64,000 bases of DNA, from contig CAYVLY010000001.1 in assembly GCA_964452565.1 (NCBI GenBank), positions 386,897 to 450,896 on the forward strand, read 5' to 3'. This DNA comes from an uncultured Gammaproteobacteria bacterium (GTDB lineage Bacteria; Patescibacteriota; Patescibacteriia; UBA9934). The translations under genes were made by a program, and so were the position numbers. Under the pieces are notes generated by a model. It saw nothing but the letters and a program-made list of their open reading frames with translations, ran no database searches and had not been told where the DNA came from. Positions 46,529 to 56,493 of the stretch are shown piece by piece (the first letter of the stretch is position 1; every line of letters starts with the position of its first letter).

Positions 46529-47416
46529 CTACTCCACAATCCTCTTAATAAAATCCTTTAGCTCCTCTCGCGAGTAAAAGTGAATTGTTAGTTTGCTTGC
46601 CGGTCCCTTCACTTGAAGTCCGACCTTAGTACCTAGTGCTTCGCGAAGTTCTGATTCGATCGCCGCAATGTTTGGATCTTTGTCCGCCTTTTTGCGCGGT
46701 GTGGCAGCTCGTGCCTCTGCCTCACGCACACTCATCTTTCCTCCAAGCATTTGTTTAAACAATTCGTTTCGACGCTTTGGATCAGATTCTGACAAAAGAG
46801 TTCGAGCATGAGACCTGGTAATCTTCTTTTCCATAAGTGCCTGCTGAATCTCATGATCGAGATCCATTAGACGCATTGTATTTGCAACATATGACCGACT
46901 CTTACCAACACGCTTTCCAATCTCATCCTGAGTGAGTCCAAACAATTCGACAAACGAATTAAATGCTCGCGCCTCTTCAATGGCATTCAAGTTTGACCGT
47001 TGAATGTTTTCGATAAGTGCTAGCTCAAGCTTTTGCTGTTCTGTTGCAGTTCGCACAACTGCTGGAACGCTTTTCATGCCAAGCATCTTTGCACATCTAA
47101 AGCGTCGCTCACCTGCAATGAGCTCATAAGATCCATCATCCTTCCGGGTTACAAGTAAGGGCTGTAATATTCCATGCTCTTTTATGGACTGCAAAAGATC
47201 CTCCAAGTCTGATGGAGAAAAGTGAACACGCGGCTGATGCGGATTTTCAGCGATTTGATCGACCGGAATCTCAGACTCAACTGTGTGCTTAATAACTTCT
47301 GCAGCCTCAGTTCCTGGTTCAGGTGCTATCTTGGGTGGAATCAATGAACTAAGTCCACGACCTAATCCTCCCTTAGGTGTTACCATACAATGCTTCTTTA
47401 GTTGCGTTTTCTTCAC
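46529..47416 (-). CDS. parB: chromosome partitioning protein ParB
   Basis: GERRFRCAKMLGMKSVPAVV ParB box. The track ORF overlaps parA; the internal start MVTPKGGLGRGLSS at 47386 is likelier. Confidence 0.85.
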   Translation of the reverse strand: MKKTQLKKHCMVTPKGGLGRGLSSLIPPKIAPEPGTEAAEVIKHTVESEIPVDQIAENPHQPRVHFSPSDLEDLLQSIKEHGILQPLLVTRKDDGSYELIAGERRFRCAKMLGMKSVPAVVRTATEQQKLELALIENIQRSNLNAIEEARAFNSFVELFGLTQDEIGKRVGKSRSYVANTMRLMDLDHEIQQALMEKKITRSHARTLLSESDPKRRNELFKQMLGGKMSVREAEARAATPRKKADKDPNIAAIESELREALGTKVGLQVKGPASKLTIHFYSREELKDFIKRIVE

Positions 47417-48167
47417 GCATTAAGAATTCTTTAGCTAATCGCTCGTATGATCGAGCTGCCTTTGACTTTGGATCATAGTGCGCAATGGACTGACCAAAGC
47501 TTGGGGCCTCAGCCAAACGAACACTACGCGGAATAACTGAACGGAAAATCTTTTCTGGAAAGTGTTTATAGAGCTCTTCAAGCACTTGGTTTGAAAGCTT
47601 TGTTCGCGAATCAAACATAGTGATCACTGCTCCCATAACCTGAAGCTCTGGCTTGATCGACTGTTTAACCATGTTAATTGTCTGCATGAGCTGCCCCAAT
47701 CCTTCAAGAGCATAATACTCGGCCTGCACCGGGATCAATACGCTGTCTGCTGCCACAAGTCCATTAATCGTAAGAAGTCCAAGCGTTGGTGGATTGTCGA
47801 TCAGTATGTAATCGTAATCATTCCGAACTTCGAGCAATGCTTCGTGCAACTTCTTTTCGCGACCAAATTCATTTACAAGCTCCACAGATGCTGCCGCTAG
47901 ATTCGCATGTCCTGGCAAAATATGTAGACCCTCATGTGCTGATTTAACCAGAAGATCATGTGCTTTATGAAGGCCAGCAATTGCTTCGTACGTCCCCTTT
48001 GTATCTGATATCTCATGCCCTAAACCACTTGATGCATTTGCCTGCGGATCCAGATCAACCAAAAGAACGTATTTCCCTTGTTCAGCCAAATACGCCGCTA
48101 GGTTAATCGCCGTTGTGGATTTACCAACACCTCCCTTTTGATTCACGATCGAAACAATATGCGCCAT
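47373..48167 (-). CDS. parA: chromosome partitioning ATPase ParA/Soj
   Basis: Deviant Walker A NQKGGVGKSTTAINLA. Confidence 0.9.
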   Translation of the reverse strand: MAHIVSIVNQKGGVGKSTTAINLAAYLAEQGKYVLLVDLDPQANASSGLGHEISDTKGTYEAIAGLHKAHDLLVKSAHEGLHILPGHANLAAASVELVNEFGREKKLHEALLEVRNDYDYILIDNPPTLGLLTINGLVAADSVLIPVQAEYYALEGLGQLMQTINMVKQSIKPELQVMGAVITMFDSRTKLSNQVLEELYKHFPEKIFRSVIPRSVRLAEAPSFGQSIAHYDPKSKAARSYERLAKEFLMREENATKEALYGNT

Positions 48168-48271
48168 AACGCACTTATTATATCAGTTTGAGGGGTGATC
48201 ATCAAAGCAAGCATGTGGGTCTATCGTGCCCCAATGTTTGACAAAAACCAGTAAAAACTGTAGTATCTTCG

Positions 48272-48348
<77 letters not shown>

Positions 48349-48471
48349 GGCCGTCGAACGGCCTAAATCCGTTCAGGCAACCACAAAAACCCATCGACAC
48401 CACGTCGGTGGATTTTTGTACAACAAGGCCTGTGGCCCGTCTAACGGGCCCAAAATGCTAAAATAGACCAT

Positions 48472-48741
48472 ATGCATTTTGTTTATGTTCTGTTCTGTAA
48501 AGATCGGAGATTATATATCGGCTACACAAAAAACTTGCAGGAACGCTTTACCGCGCATCAAGGTGGTAAAGTACGATCAACGCGCCACCGACTACCTATT
48601 AAGCTCATCTATTATGAGCATTATTGCAATAGCAAGGATGCTAGAGCTCGAGAAATATACCTCAAGAGTGGTGGAGGCCACCATCACTTTAAAAGACAGC
48701 ACAAGAACCAACTTATAAGACTGGGTTATAAGCATCTCTAA
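48472..48741 (+). CDS. GIY-YIG nuclease domain protein (small standalone)
   Basis: MHFVYVLFCKDRRLYIGYTKNLQERFTAHQ matches the GIY-YIG core (Y-V-Y..G.T..L..R...H). Confidence 0.7.
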   Translation: MHFVYVLFCKDRRLYIGYTKNLQERFTAHQGGKVRSTRHRLPIKLIYYEHYCNSKDARAREIYLKSGGGHHHFKRQHKNQLIRLGYKHL

Positions 48742-48772
48742 ATAACAAAAACCGGTCGTTAGACCGATTTTT

Positions 48773-49774
48773 TTGTACCTGGCATATCGTGGTACCATGA
48801 GTGTTAATGAAAAACTTATGCAGAAAAAGACTATTAAGTTTGTTTTCTTATCAATAATCGCGTTGTCCATTATAACTGGAATTGCATACTTTTCTATTCC
48901 ATCAAATCTCAAGATGCATTCACATGAAAAGGATGAGCACAAAGTGGGAGACGTAGGTACTTGCCAACTCTTCTTCACAATGGACGCCATTGTAGCAGAT
49001 GGACAACGTACACTTCGTAGTGCGACGTCAACGGATGGATTCACATTTACATTCGAAGATGAAATCTGGCTGGAGTCACACCATACAGCTGACCCCGCTG
49101 TACGACTCGGAAGCGATGGTATTTGGAGAATTGTTACAGGATCAATGGGTGGCTCGCCTGATCACGGAATTCGATTTGGATACGTAAGTGATGAACCATA
49201 CTTTCCTGAGCCCGATCTGATCATCACTGATGAGAATACTCATTATCAATTTCCAGATTTAATTGAAATGGATGATGGGTATAGGATTTACTTTGGCGGA
49301 GGTGGTATATATAGCGCGTTTTCTGAAGATGGTTTTGAATTTGAAAAAGAAGACCTCTGGCTGCGATCTTTTGACGGTGTTGACATGGTTGCTGACCCCA
49401 CTGTTGCACGCCGAGATGATGGAAGTTATGTAATGTATTACAAGGTAGCCGGGGAATTAACAGGAGATGGGACGCGGTCGGTAAAAAACCATGCGCTCGC
49501 CCGTGCATTTAGTGAAGATGGAATCAATTGGACTCATGAAGAAGTAATTCTTGTCGAGCATGCAAGTGTTCCTGCGGCTTATACAGATGCAAATGGGACA
49601 GTGTGGGTGTATTATCTTTACTTTGGAGATTGGCCAGAAGAGAAAGAATCTATATGGGCAACATATGAGCTTGATGATGGTAGTCTTGCTGAACCACAAC
49701 CTATCAGGTTTATTGGGGGTATCCCAGAAGGATATTGGACCAATAACCCCTCACCAATGCTTTTGAGTGATTAA
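48773..49774 (+). CDS. secreted/anchored beta-propeller-like protein with BNR/Asp-box-like repeats
   Basis: N-terminal TM FVFLSIIALSIITGIAYF; repeats ATSTDGFTFTF, FSEDGFEFE, FSEDGINWTHEE (S-x-D-G-x-x-W/F). Confidence 0.55.
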   Translation: MYLAYRGTMSVNEKLMQKKTIKFVFLSIIALSIITGIAYFSIPSNLKMHSHEKDEHKVGDVGTCQLFFTMDAIVADGQRTLRSATSTDGFTFTFEDEIWLESHHTADPAVRLGSDGIWRIVTGSMGGSPDHGIRFGYVSDEPYFPEPDLIITDENTHYQFPDLIEMDDGYRIYFGGGGIYSAFSEDGFEFEKEDLWLRSFDGVDMVADPTVARRDDGSYVMYYKVAGELTGDGTRSVKNHALARAFSEDGINWTHEEVILVEHASVPAAYTDANGTVWVYYLYFGDWPEEKESIWATYELDDGSLAEPQPIRFIGGIPEGYWTNNPSPMLLSD

Positions 49775-49823
49775 ATGATTTTGACGAGATCAAAAAAGAC
49801 CGTCTTTTTATGACAGTCTTTTT

Positions 49824-49900
49824 TGGTGGCTGGGGTGGGAATCGAACCCACAACCTCAGGCTTATGAGTCCTGCGCTCTAACCGATTGAGCTACCCAGCC
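49824..49900 (-). tRNA. tRNA with CAU anticodon (elongator Met or Ile2/lysidine)
   Basis: Reverse complement reads GGCTGGGTAGCTCAATCGGTTAGAGCGCAGGACTCATAAGCCTGAGGTTGTGGGTTCGATTCCCACCCCAGCCACCA; Y11:R24 elongator-type D-stem. Confidence 0.8.
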
Positions 49901-50003
49901 TTGTTATGCGCCAAGACTATAACAGAAATCTGGCATTTTTGCAAGCCCCCGGATTGACGTTTTCGTCAATTTTTGATACAATTTTCGCGTTAAATCCAGT
50001 TAT

Positions 50004-50090
50004 GGGCGAGTGGCGGAACTGGTAGACGCGCAGGACTCAAAATCCTGTGGTAGCAATACCGTGCGGGTTCGATCCCCGCCTTGCCCACCA
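50004..50090 (+). tRNA. tRNA-Leu (anticodon CAA), long variable arm
   Basis: GGGCGAGTGGCGGAACTGGTAGACGC...CAGGA-CTCAAAA-TCCTG...GGGTTCGATCCCCGCCTTGCCCACCA. Confidence 0.85.
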
Positions 50091-50122
50091 AAAAGAACCG
50101 ACATGTGTCGGTTCTTTTTGTC
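50091..50122 (+). terminator. rho-independent terminator after tRNA-Leu
   Basis: GAACCGACA-TG-TGTCGGTTC perfect hairpin plus TTTTTG. Confidence 0.75.
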
Positions 50123-50192
50123 CTGAGCCTGTCGAAAGGCCCAGTATCAGAGTACTCGACCATAGTCGAATCTTTTTGTATGATGCGATCGT

Positions 50193-50768
50193 ATGAATCA
50201 AGAACTATTAGACAAATATAAACTCTCCCCTATCCGATCAATCGCATGGGATGAGATATACTCAAAATGGAAAGAATGCGAGGAGGAAGTTTGGCGATCG
50301 CACTATACAGAACGCGGGCATGATTCATGGGACAGCTGGCGTCGCCAATATATCGAAGCAATCAAGCCTGAGAGCCGATCATGGAAACTATACAAGGTCA
50401 CAACCCCAGCAGAATCAATCTCAAAAATGTATATTGGCCCATTCAAAGGCTGGACCGGTTATTATGACAATCGTGAGCAATCGACTTTTGCTGATATAGC
50501 CAAGAATCTCGATCCAGAAAAACGCAAGGCTCTGCTAAAAATCGCAAATAATTTCCCCAAAGAAATGTTCATCTGGGGACTTGCAGATAGCCATAGAATC
50601 ATGACCATGGAGGGATCTCACCGGTCAGCAGCTGCTACGCTAGCATATATCAACCAAATTCCTATATCATCAGATGTTGAGATAGCACTAAGTCATTACA
50701 ATGCTGATGAACAAGATTCATTCGATAAACTCTTCACAACCATTGTCAAAGCACAAATGGGCTCATAA
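50193..50768 (+). CDS. hypothetical protein
   Basis: 191-aa ORF; no recognised motif. Confidence 0.45.
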   Translation: MNQELLDKYKLSPIRSIAWDEIYSKWKECEEEVWRSHYTERGHDSWDSWRRQYIEAIKPESRSWKLYKVTTPAESISKMYIGPFKGWTGYYDNREQSTFADIAKNLDPEKRKALLKIANNFPKEMFIWGLADSHRIMTMEGSHRSAAATLAYINQIPISSDVEIALSHYNADEQDSFDKLFTTIVKAQMGS

Positions 50769-50789
50769 TCTGATATAATACTATCCGTT

Positions 50790-51251
50790 ATGACAATGAG
50801 CACTCATACAGCTATTGGAGCAGCAATTGGATTTGCGGTTGGGAACCCAATCCTTGGATTTATCATTGGATTTACTTCTCACTTTCTAATCGACATTATT
50901 CCACATGGTGACAGCAATATTTCGAAGAATCTTAGGGTTCATAAAAGAAAAAAGGGCGCATTTACTTACGGCACAATCGATGGGATTGCAGCGATCTATA
51001 TCATTCTGCTGTTAACGCCGATCCCCAAGGAAACATCTGAGATTGCGTTTAGCGCAGCTATTGCCGGAAGTATCTTGCCAGATCTACTCGTAGGACTTCA
51101 TGATCTAACAAAGTCAAAGTTCTTGAAGCCAATAAATGACCTGCACTTCTTCTTCCACGAATTACTAGTAAAAAAATACGGGGACATTAAACTGCCCACA
51201 GCCTTGATCGGACAAGTCGTCCTGATCATGATCATAATGACACAAATATAA
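50790..51251 (+). CDS. membrane protein, possibly YdjM-like metal-dependent hydrolase family
   Basis: Multi-TM; HFLIDIIPHGD motif. Confidence 0.45.
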   Translation: MTMSTHTAIGAAIGFAVGNPILGFIIGFTSHFLIDIIPHGDSNISKNLRVHKRKKGAFTYGTIDGIAAIYIILLLTPIPKETSEIAFSAAIAGSILPDLLVGLHDLTKSKFLKPINDLHFFFHELLVKKYGDIKLPTALIGQVVLIMIIMTQI

Positions 51252-51270
51252 AAACCCCGTTCGGGGTTCT

Positions 51271-54200
51271 TTATTTTACAATCCTCACAACCCCATCATT
51301 TGCATTGACTTCGACTTCATCGCCGTCTTTCAAAACTTGTGTCGCAACCTTGGATCCGATGATGCATGGCTTCTTTAATTCACGGGCCACGATCGCAGCG
51401 TGACAGATTACTCCCCCTTCGTCTGTAACAATCGCTGCGGCTTTTTTGATTGCTGGCAAGAAGTCAGGTGTAGTCATTGGAGAAACTAGGATCTCACCTT
51501 TTCGAAACTCACCGATCTGATCCTTACACTTTAGAACTTTAACAGTTCCCTGGACTCTTCCCTTGAATGCAACCTGCCCCTCTATACTTTGAACATCAGC
51601 GGGCACCTCTTCAAACTCGAAGTTAAGATCTGAATTACTCTGAATAAACTCATCTATCGTTATAGCATTAGCGACCTTAGGGGGCACCAAGACAAAGTGC
51701 TGCTTACGATCCTCCAAGACTGACTTATCGGGCACACTGAAAACCTCATCCAACAAGATCGAAGTTACCAAACGAGATAGTTCTGGATACAGTTCGATCA
51801 ATGTCGATCGAATTACTTCATCAGATCGATCAAAAAACTCATCCTTGTCCCTCCAAGCTCGCGCCTTTTCCTGCATCTCCTTAGGCAACCTTTTATCAAA
51901 CCCTGCATGATAGAGGATCACCAGGTCAGCCATCATTGCATAGAGCAGGTTGCTAAATTGATCAAATGCATTGGAATCAACAAGTGGCTTTTTCCAAAAT
52001 CCCCTCATAATATCTAGGTTTCGACCGTATCTCTCAAGCACCTTATCGAAATAATCTGGATTCTCTTCATGCTTCTTAACTACCCCTCCCATAAGATCCC
52101 ACATCACAGCCTCATTCTCCCAAACCTCTACGACGCCATCGTTGATGTAAAAAACATAAGGCGACTTCTGACCTATTTCAATCCCATGATACTTCTCTAA
52201 ACCTTCATCATTGGCATAAAACCAGGCCTGCTGGATAATAATCGAAAAATCCCGCGTATAAGCTTTTCGATAAATATCCCGAGGTTCTTTTTTAGACTCA
52301 AGCAGCTTGACAGTACCTTGATCTGCATTGACTTCTATGATGTCGCCACTACTAAGTACACTTGTTGCACACTTGGTTCCAACGACACACGGCTTCTTAA
52401 GCTCACGAGACACAATCGCGGCGTGGCTGAGCATTCCTCCAGCATCAGTTACAATCGCGCCAGCCTTTTTCATGAGTGGAACATAGTTTGGATCTGTCAT
52501 TCCAGTAACAAGGATCTCCCCTTCTTCTATTTTGGCGTCTTCAAAATTTGTAATGATTCTACACTTACCTGTTACGATTCCCTCGTACGCAGTTGTTCCT
52601 TTCAAAATCCCAGTATCGAGATTCTTCCAACCCTGTTTTATTCTGTCTACTTCATCAGCATTGAGAATCAGAGTATTGCCTGGGGTTAAATATACCCCGG
52701 ACTTTATATATCGTTGTTTTGCCTCGTCGAGAGATACGCTACAAGCTACCAGCTCATCGATGGTAAGCGTAGAGTAAGCTCGGTCATTGCCGCCCGTGAA
52801 GTGCTTAACCATTAAATTGATCAAATCTTCTGCATCTTTATAAATCGTCTCTGAATAGCGCCTTGCCTTTTCAAACTTTTTAGCCGATGCGCTGTAAAGC
52901 CTATCTGGTAAAAAGTTTATAACAGCTTTGGTCGAAATCTGATACGCACCATACGCACTGTACACTTCTTTCAATTTCGCTAATGTATCCTGATCGGTCA
53001 AATCTCCACTCAGATTTTTAATTAAAGCGGTAAGCCCATCTGCAGTCTTTACAAATGAATCACACCACCTATCAACAACAGCCTCGTCATCAATCACCAA
53101 CTGTGCCAAGTGGCTTCCATGCGATTCATACGAATCCATTGGAAGGTAGGCTGACATTATTCCGTTCTTAATGACTAGTAGCACAGAATCAAGCGAAGAA
53201 CCAAAAAATTCTTGAGGCTTGCTAAAATATACACCCTCACCCAGCGACACTTGCAAAAGTGAAAACGGTCCCTCCCAATCTTTCTGCCAGTTGCGACTAG
53301 CGATTTTTGATACGTTGCTTTTTTCTTTATCAAACGACCCCAACGTAGTAATCGGCCGGCTTTGGGTGATGTAAAACTTGCCATTCTCATAAGCCCATTC
53401 GATATCGCAAGGAAAGCCATAGTGGTCTTCAATCTTTTTTATCAGTTCAGCCAGTTCAATGATCTGAGATTCTGACAAGACTTGTGCCTCGGCTTCGTCA
53501 GATGCTAACTCGATCCATTGATTATTAGACGTAGAGACCTCCCCTATCCCCTCCTTCGTAAGGAAGGGTCTAGCCACTCGACTCTCCCCCTTACGAAGGG
53601 GGAGTTGGAGGGGGTCAGACCCAAGAACTAGCTTCTTATTTTGAACATTCACGTTGACATCAAGAATCTCAAGCGTATCTTTTTGCACAACATAAGCATC
53701 TGGTGTTATTGATCCTGATACTATTGCCTCGCCTAAACCAAACCCGGCCTCGATAATCATTTGGTTTCTGTCTTGAGTCACAGGATGAACCGAGAATGCG
53801 ATTCCTGAGGTTTCTGACTGGATCATCTTTTGCACAACAACAGCGACTGATATGTGATGATTTTCTAATCCTTGCTCAAATCGATAATAGATTGCTCGAG
53901 GAGTAAACAAAGATGCCCAGCACCTCTGGACGTCCCTCAAAAGTCTTTCCTGAGTTGTATTCAAAAAGGTATCCAGCTGCCCTGCCCATGCCGCAGATGC
54001 GCTATCCTCTGCTGTTGCGCTTGATCGGACCGCGACGTAGTCGGCTCCTAATTGATCAAACTGCGATTGAACTTCCTTCGCAATATCATCAGGCATCACA
54101 GCGCTCATAATCAAACCCTGGATCTTCTCAGAGGCCTCATCAATAGTGTGAATAGCTTCAGTATTCACAGTATCAAGGATTGATGCAATCTCAACTCCAA

Positions 54201-54375
54201 GGTCGGTCTCTTCCAAAAATCTATCAAACGCATCGGCTAGAATCACATACCCTGGGGGTACAGCTAGACCCGCCTGAGTCATCTCGCCAAGCGACGCACC
54301 TTTCCCACCGGCTTGATCAACGTCGCTTGATGCTATTTTTTCAAATACTTTTGTATAACTCATATCAAAAAACAC
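51271..54375 (-). CDS. PEP-utilising enzyme family protein: PPDK_N-type ATP-grasp N-domain plus two phosphohistidine swivel domains (PEP synthase / rifampicin-phosphotransferase-like)
   Basis: N-terminal DQAGGKGASLGEM; two copies of G-G-x-x-S/C-H-A-A-I-V-x-R-E-L-K-K-P-C-V/I-x-G (GGMLSHAAIVSRELKKPCVVG; GGVICHAAIVARELKKPCIIG); 1034 aa. Carries an in-frame REP-like insert at 53535..53620. Confidence 0.8.
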   Translation of the reverse strand: MFFDMSYTKVFEKIASSDVDQAGGKGASLGEMTQAGLAVPPGYVILADAFDRFLEETDLGVEIASILDTVNTEAIHTIDEASEKIQGLIMSAVMPDDIAKEVQSQFDQLGADYVAVRSSATAEDSASAAWAGQLDTFLNTTQERLLRDVQRCWASLFTPRAIYYRFEQGLENHHISVAVVVQKMIQSETSGIAFSVHPVTQDRNQMIIEAGFGLGEAIVSGSITPDAYVVQKDTLEILDVNVNVQNKKLVLGSDPLQLPLRKGESRVARPFLTKEGIGEVSTSNNQWIELASDEAEAQVLSESQIIELAELIKKIEDHYGFPCDIEWAYENGKFYITQSRPITTLGSFDKEKSNVSKIASRNWQKDWEGPFSLLQVSLGEGVYFSKPQEFFGSSLDSVLLVIKNGIMSAYLPMDSYESHGSHLAQLVIDDEAVVDRWCDSFVKTADGLTALIKNLSGDLTDQDTLAKLKEVYSAYGAYQISTKAVINFLPDRLYSASAKKFEKARRYSETIYKDAEDLINLMVKHFTGGNDRAYSTLTIDELVACSVSLDEAKQRYIKSGVYLTPGNTLILNADEVDRIKQGWKNLDTGILKGTTAYEGIVTGKCRIITNFEDAKIEEGEILVTGMTDPNYVPLMKKAGAIVTDAGGMLSHAAIVSRELKKPCVVGTKCATSVLSSGDIIEVNADQGTVKLLESKKEPRDIYRKAYTRDFSIIIQQAWFYANDEGLEKYHGIEIGQKSPYVFYINDGVVEVWENEAVMWDLMGGVVKKHEENPDYFDKVLERYGRNLDIMRGFWKKPLVDSNAFDQFSNLLYAMMADLVILYHAGFDKRLPKEMQEKARAWRDKDEFFDRSDEVIRSTLIELYPELSRLVTSILLDEVFSVPDKSVLEDRKQHFVLVPPKVANAITIDEFIQSNSDLNFEFEEVPADVQSIEGQVAFKGRVQGTVKVLKCKDQIGEFRKGEILVSPMTTPDFLPAIKKAAAIVTDEGGVICHAAIVARELKKPCIIGSKVATQVLKDGDEVEVNANDGVVRIVK
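53535..53620. repeat. dual-hairpin REP/RPE-like element copy B, embedded in frame in the PEP-utilising enzyme CDS
   Basis: CCCCTCCTTCGTAAGGAAGGG, then GTCTAG, then CTCCCCCTTACGAAGGGGGAG. Translated as PLQLPLRKGESRVARPFLTKEGIGEV without a stop. Confidence 0.7.
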
Positions 54376-54408
54376 TGTATCACACAGTGCTACTTCTATA
54401 AATATACA

Positions 54409-54446
54409 GGCAACCCCCTCTATCTCCCCCTTGGGAAGGGGGAGGA
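54409..54446. repeat. REP-like element copy C (single hairpin CTCCCCCTT-GGG-AAGGGGGAG with GGCAACCCCCTCTAT leader)
   Basis: Identical leader and hairpin to copy D at 56494. Confidence 0.7.
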
Positions 54447-54447
54447 C

Positions 54448-54939
54448 TCAGAACAACGCATCAGCACTAACACTTAGGATTGTGACGATAATGCCGGCGG
54501 CAAAAACTCCTGGAATAATTCCCCAAACAGCGTACTTGAACGGAATCTTGAGAGCCACAGCTGCTAAAGTCGCAGTCCAAAGTCCAGTGAATGGTAGTGG
54601 TAGTGCTGTAAATAAGAAAAGTGCAAATGCTCCGTACTTTGCGTACTTGTCACGCACTCGACGCTCAGCACGATCAACTGACTTATCAATTACTTTTGTA
54701 AGGATCGGGGCAAATCGCTCTGTCATCCTACGCAACCAATTGAGTCCGAAGTATAGCGGGAACAAAGGCAGCATGTTTCCGAAAATTGCATATCCAAGTG
54801 CATCAAGAGGTGCAAGTAGCCACGTATGGATTGCAATCGGGATTGCTAATCGAAGCTCTGTGATTGGCAAGGTAGCCAAAATCACAGTCGCAAGCTCGCG
54901 CGGAAACTGGTCAAGAAATTGTACAATTGCATCGATCAT
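54448..54939 (-). CDS. small multi-pass membrane protein (putative small multidrug export family, COG2426-like)
   Basis: 163 aa, four hydrophobic helices. Confidence 0.5.
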   Translation of the reverse strand: MIDAIVQFLDQFPRELATVILATLPITELRLAIPIAIHTWLLAPLDALGYAIFGNMLPLFPLYFGLNWLRRMTERFAPILTKVIDKSVDRAERRVRDKYAKYGAFALFLFTALPLPFTGLWTATLAAVALKIPFKYAVWGIIPGVFAAGIIVTILSVSADALF

Positions 54940-54941
54940 AT

Positions 54942-55910
54942 TTACTCAGGCCACTGGTAAGTCTTAAATGCCCAATAGGCCAAACCTTTAGCTTCATTTG
55001 CGCGCGCATCCTTTGACTCTGACCCCATCACAATAACATGAATTTTATCACCCTCATGCTCTACGGTAGTCGCAAGAACATATCCGGCTTGGGGTAAGTA
55101 CCCTGTCTTTCCCCCTACCACATCATATGGATCTTCATTAACAAACGTGGTTAACAATGTATTCGTGTTCTCTATCGTGACTGATCGACCCGATGCTTGA
55201 GTAATGGTCACAGATGGCAGCTGTGTGTAGTATGTGATTGTTTCATTTTGCTCTGCTGCCTGAAGGAGCAACACTAACTCACGAGCGGTCGACATATTAT
55301 CAGCATCAAGTCCAGTCACATCATAAAACTCAGTCTGCTCCATCCCAAGCTCATCTGCCTTCTGGTTCATTCGTGCGATAAAGTCCTCGCTTGATAACCC
55401 AGAAAATCGAATCAATGATTGTGTTGCTGTATTATCTGATCCAACCAAGCTTGCTGCTAAGACATCACTCAAAGCAAGACTATTGAAATAACCAAGGTAA
55501 ACTCGTCCACCTGCCACATAATCTAAATCCGGGTCAAGGCTCACTATCTGATTCAAATCAGGATTCTGATCCATAAACACAAGCGCCGCCATTAACTTGG
55601 TAACACTTCCGATCGATCGCAAGGCGTCTGGATGTTTTTGAAACAGCACAGCGCCGCTCGCATCATCCATTACCAATGCACTCCATGCTGTAGTAACGAT
55701 CCCATGTGAATCCAGGTCGATTTTCACAGGATGATCCCTGCTATCTGCCTCAGGAAGTGCAGCATATGCTACTTCAATTTCTGCAGCACTCATAATAGTT
55801 TGTTCAAATGTTCCTTCTCCAACCTGATACTCAAAAACCGATGCATCTGTTGGAAAGATTTGCACCAAAGTGGTCGCAATCAATGCTTGTCCTAGTAACT
55901 TCAATAGCAT
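54942..55910 (-). CDS. dacA: D-alanyl-D-alanine carboxypeptidase (peptidase S11, PBP5-like)
   Basis: SxxK (SVTK), SxN (SDN) and KTG (GKTGY) motifs. Confidence 0.8.
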   Translation of the reverse strand: MLLKLLGQALIATTLVQIFPTDASVFEYQVGEGTFEQTIMSAAEIEVAYAALPEADSRDHPVKIDLDSHGIVTTAWSALVMDDASGAVLFQKHPDALRSIGSVTKLMAALVFMDQNPDLNQIVSLDPDLDYVAGGRVYLGYFNSLALSDVLAASLVGSDNTATQSLIRFSGLSSEDFIARMNQKADELGMEQTEFYDVTGLDADNMSTARELVLLLQAAEQNETITYYTQLPSVTITQASGRSVTIENTNTLLTTFVNEDPYDVVGGKTGYLPQAGYVLATTVEHEGDKIHVIVMGSESKDARANEAKGLAYWAFKTYQWPE

Positions 55911-55911
55911 A

Positions 55912-56469
55912 TTACTCCTCTTCGATCGTAGTTAGTGACTCAAGTAGTTGATCAATCTTTGAATTCTCATGCAAGTCCTCGAAATCTGGAAGCTCCTCAA
56001 CGCTATGGATTCCCAGGTGGCGAAGCATCTTTGATGAAAGTGTATATACTGGCTGGAGCTTGTTCTTGTCATTACGTTCTTCAATAAGTCCACGCATCAG
56101 CAAATTTCGAAGGATAATACTACAGTTAACTCCACGAATGTGTTCGATCTCTGCCTTAGTTATCGGTGCTCTATAGGCAATGATTGTAAGAGTCTCAAGC
56201 TGCGGTCGAGTAAGTTCTGACTGCATGTCATCTTTAGTAAGATCCGATAGTTCCTGGGCCAATTCAGGGTTAGTCGCGAGCGTCACAGCATCTTGTGAGA
56301 TAACTAGATGCGCGCCTCGATCTTCGACATTCATCTGGGTCGCCATCTCTTTCAATGTGAGCTCAAGTTCAGAAACCTTAACCTTAAGCATTTTTGCCAG
56401 GCGTTTAAAAGTCATTGGCTTTGTTGAGAGAAATAACAGTGCTTCGATTTTTGGTTTGAGTTGGTTCAT
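55912..56469 (-). CDS. scpB: segregation and condensation protein B
   Basis: Winged-helix ScpB N-terminus IEALLFLSTKPMTFKRLAKML; adjacent to scpA. Confidence 0.85.
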   Translation of the reverse strand: MNQLKPKIEALLFLSTKPMTFKRLAKMLKVKVSELELTLKEMATQMNVEDRGAHLVISQDAVTLATNPELAQELSDLTKDDMQSELTRPQLETLTIIAYRAPITKAEIEHIRGVNCSIILRNLLMRGLIEERNDKNKLQPVYTLSSKMLRHLGIHSVEELPDFEDLHENSKIDQLLESLTTIEEE

Positions 56470-56493
56470 AGTTACAGTATATCAAGACTCGCT

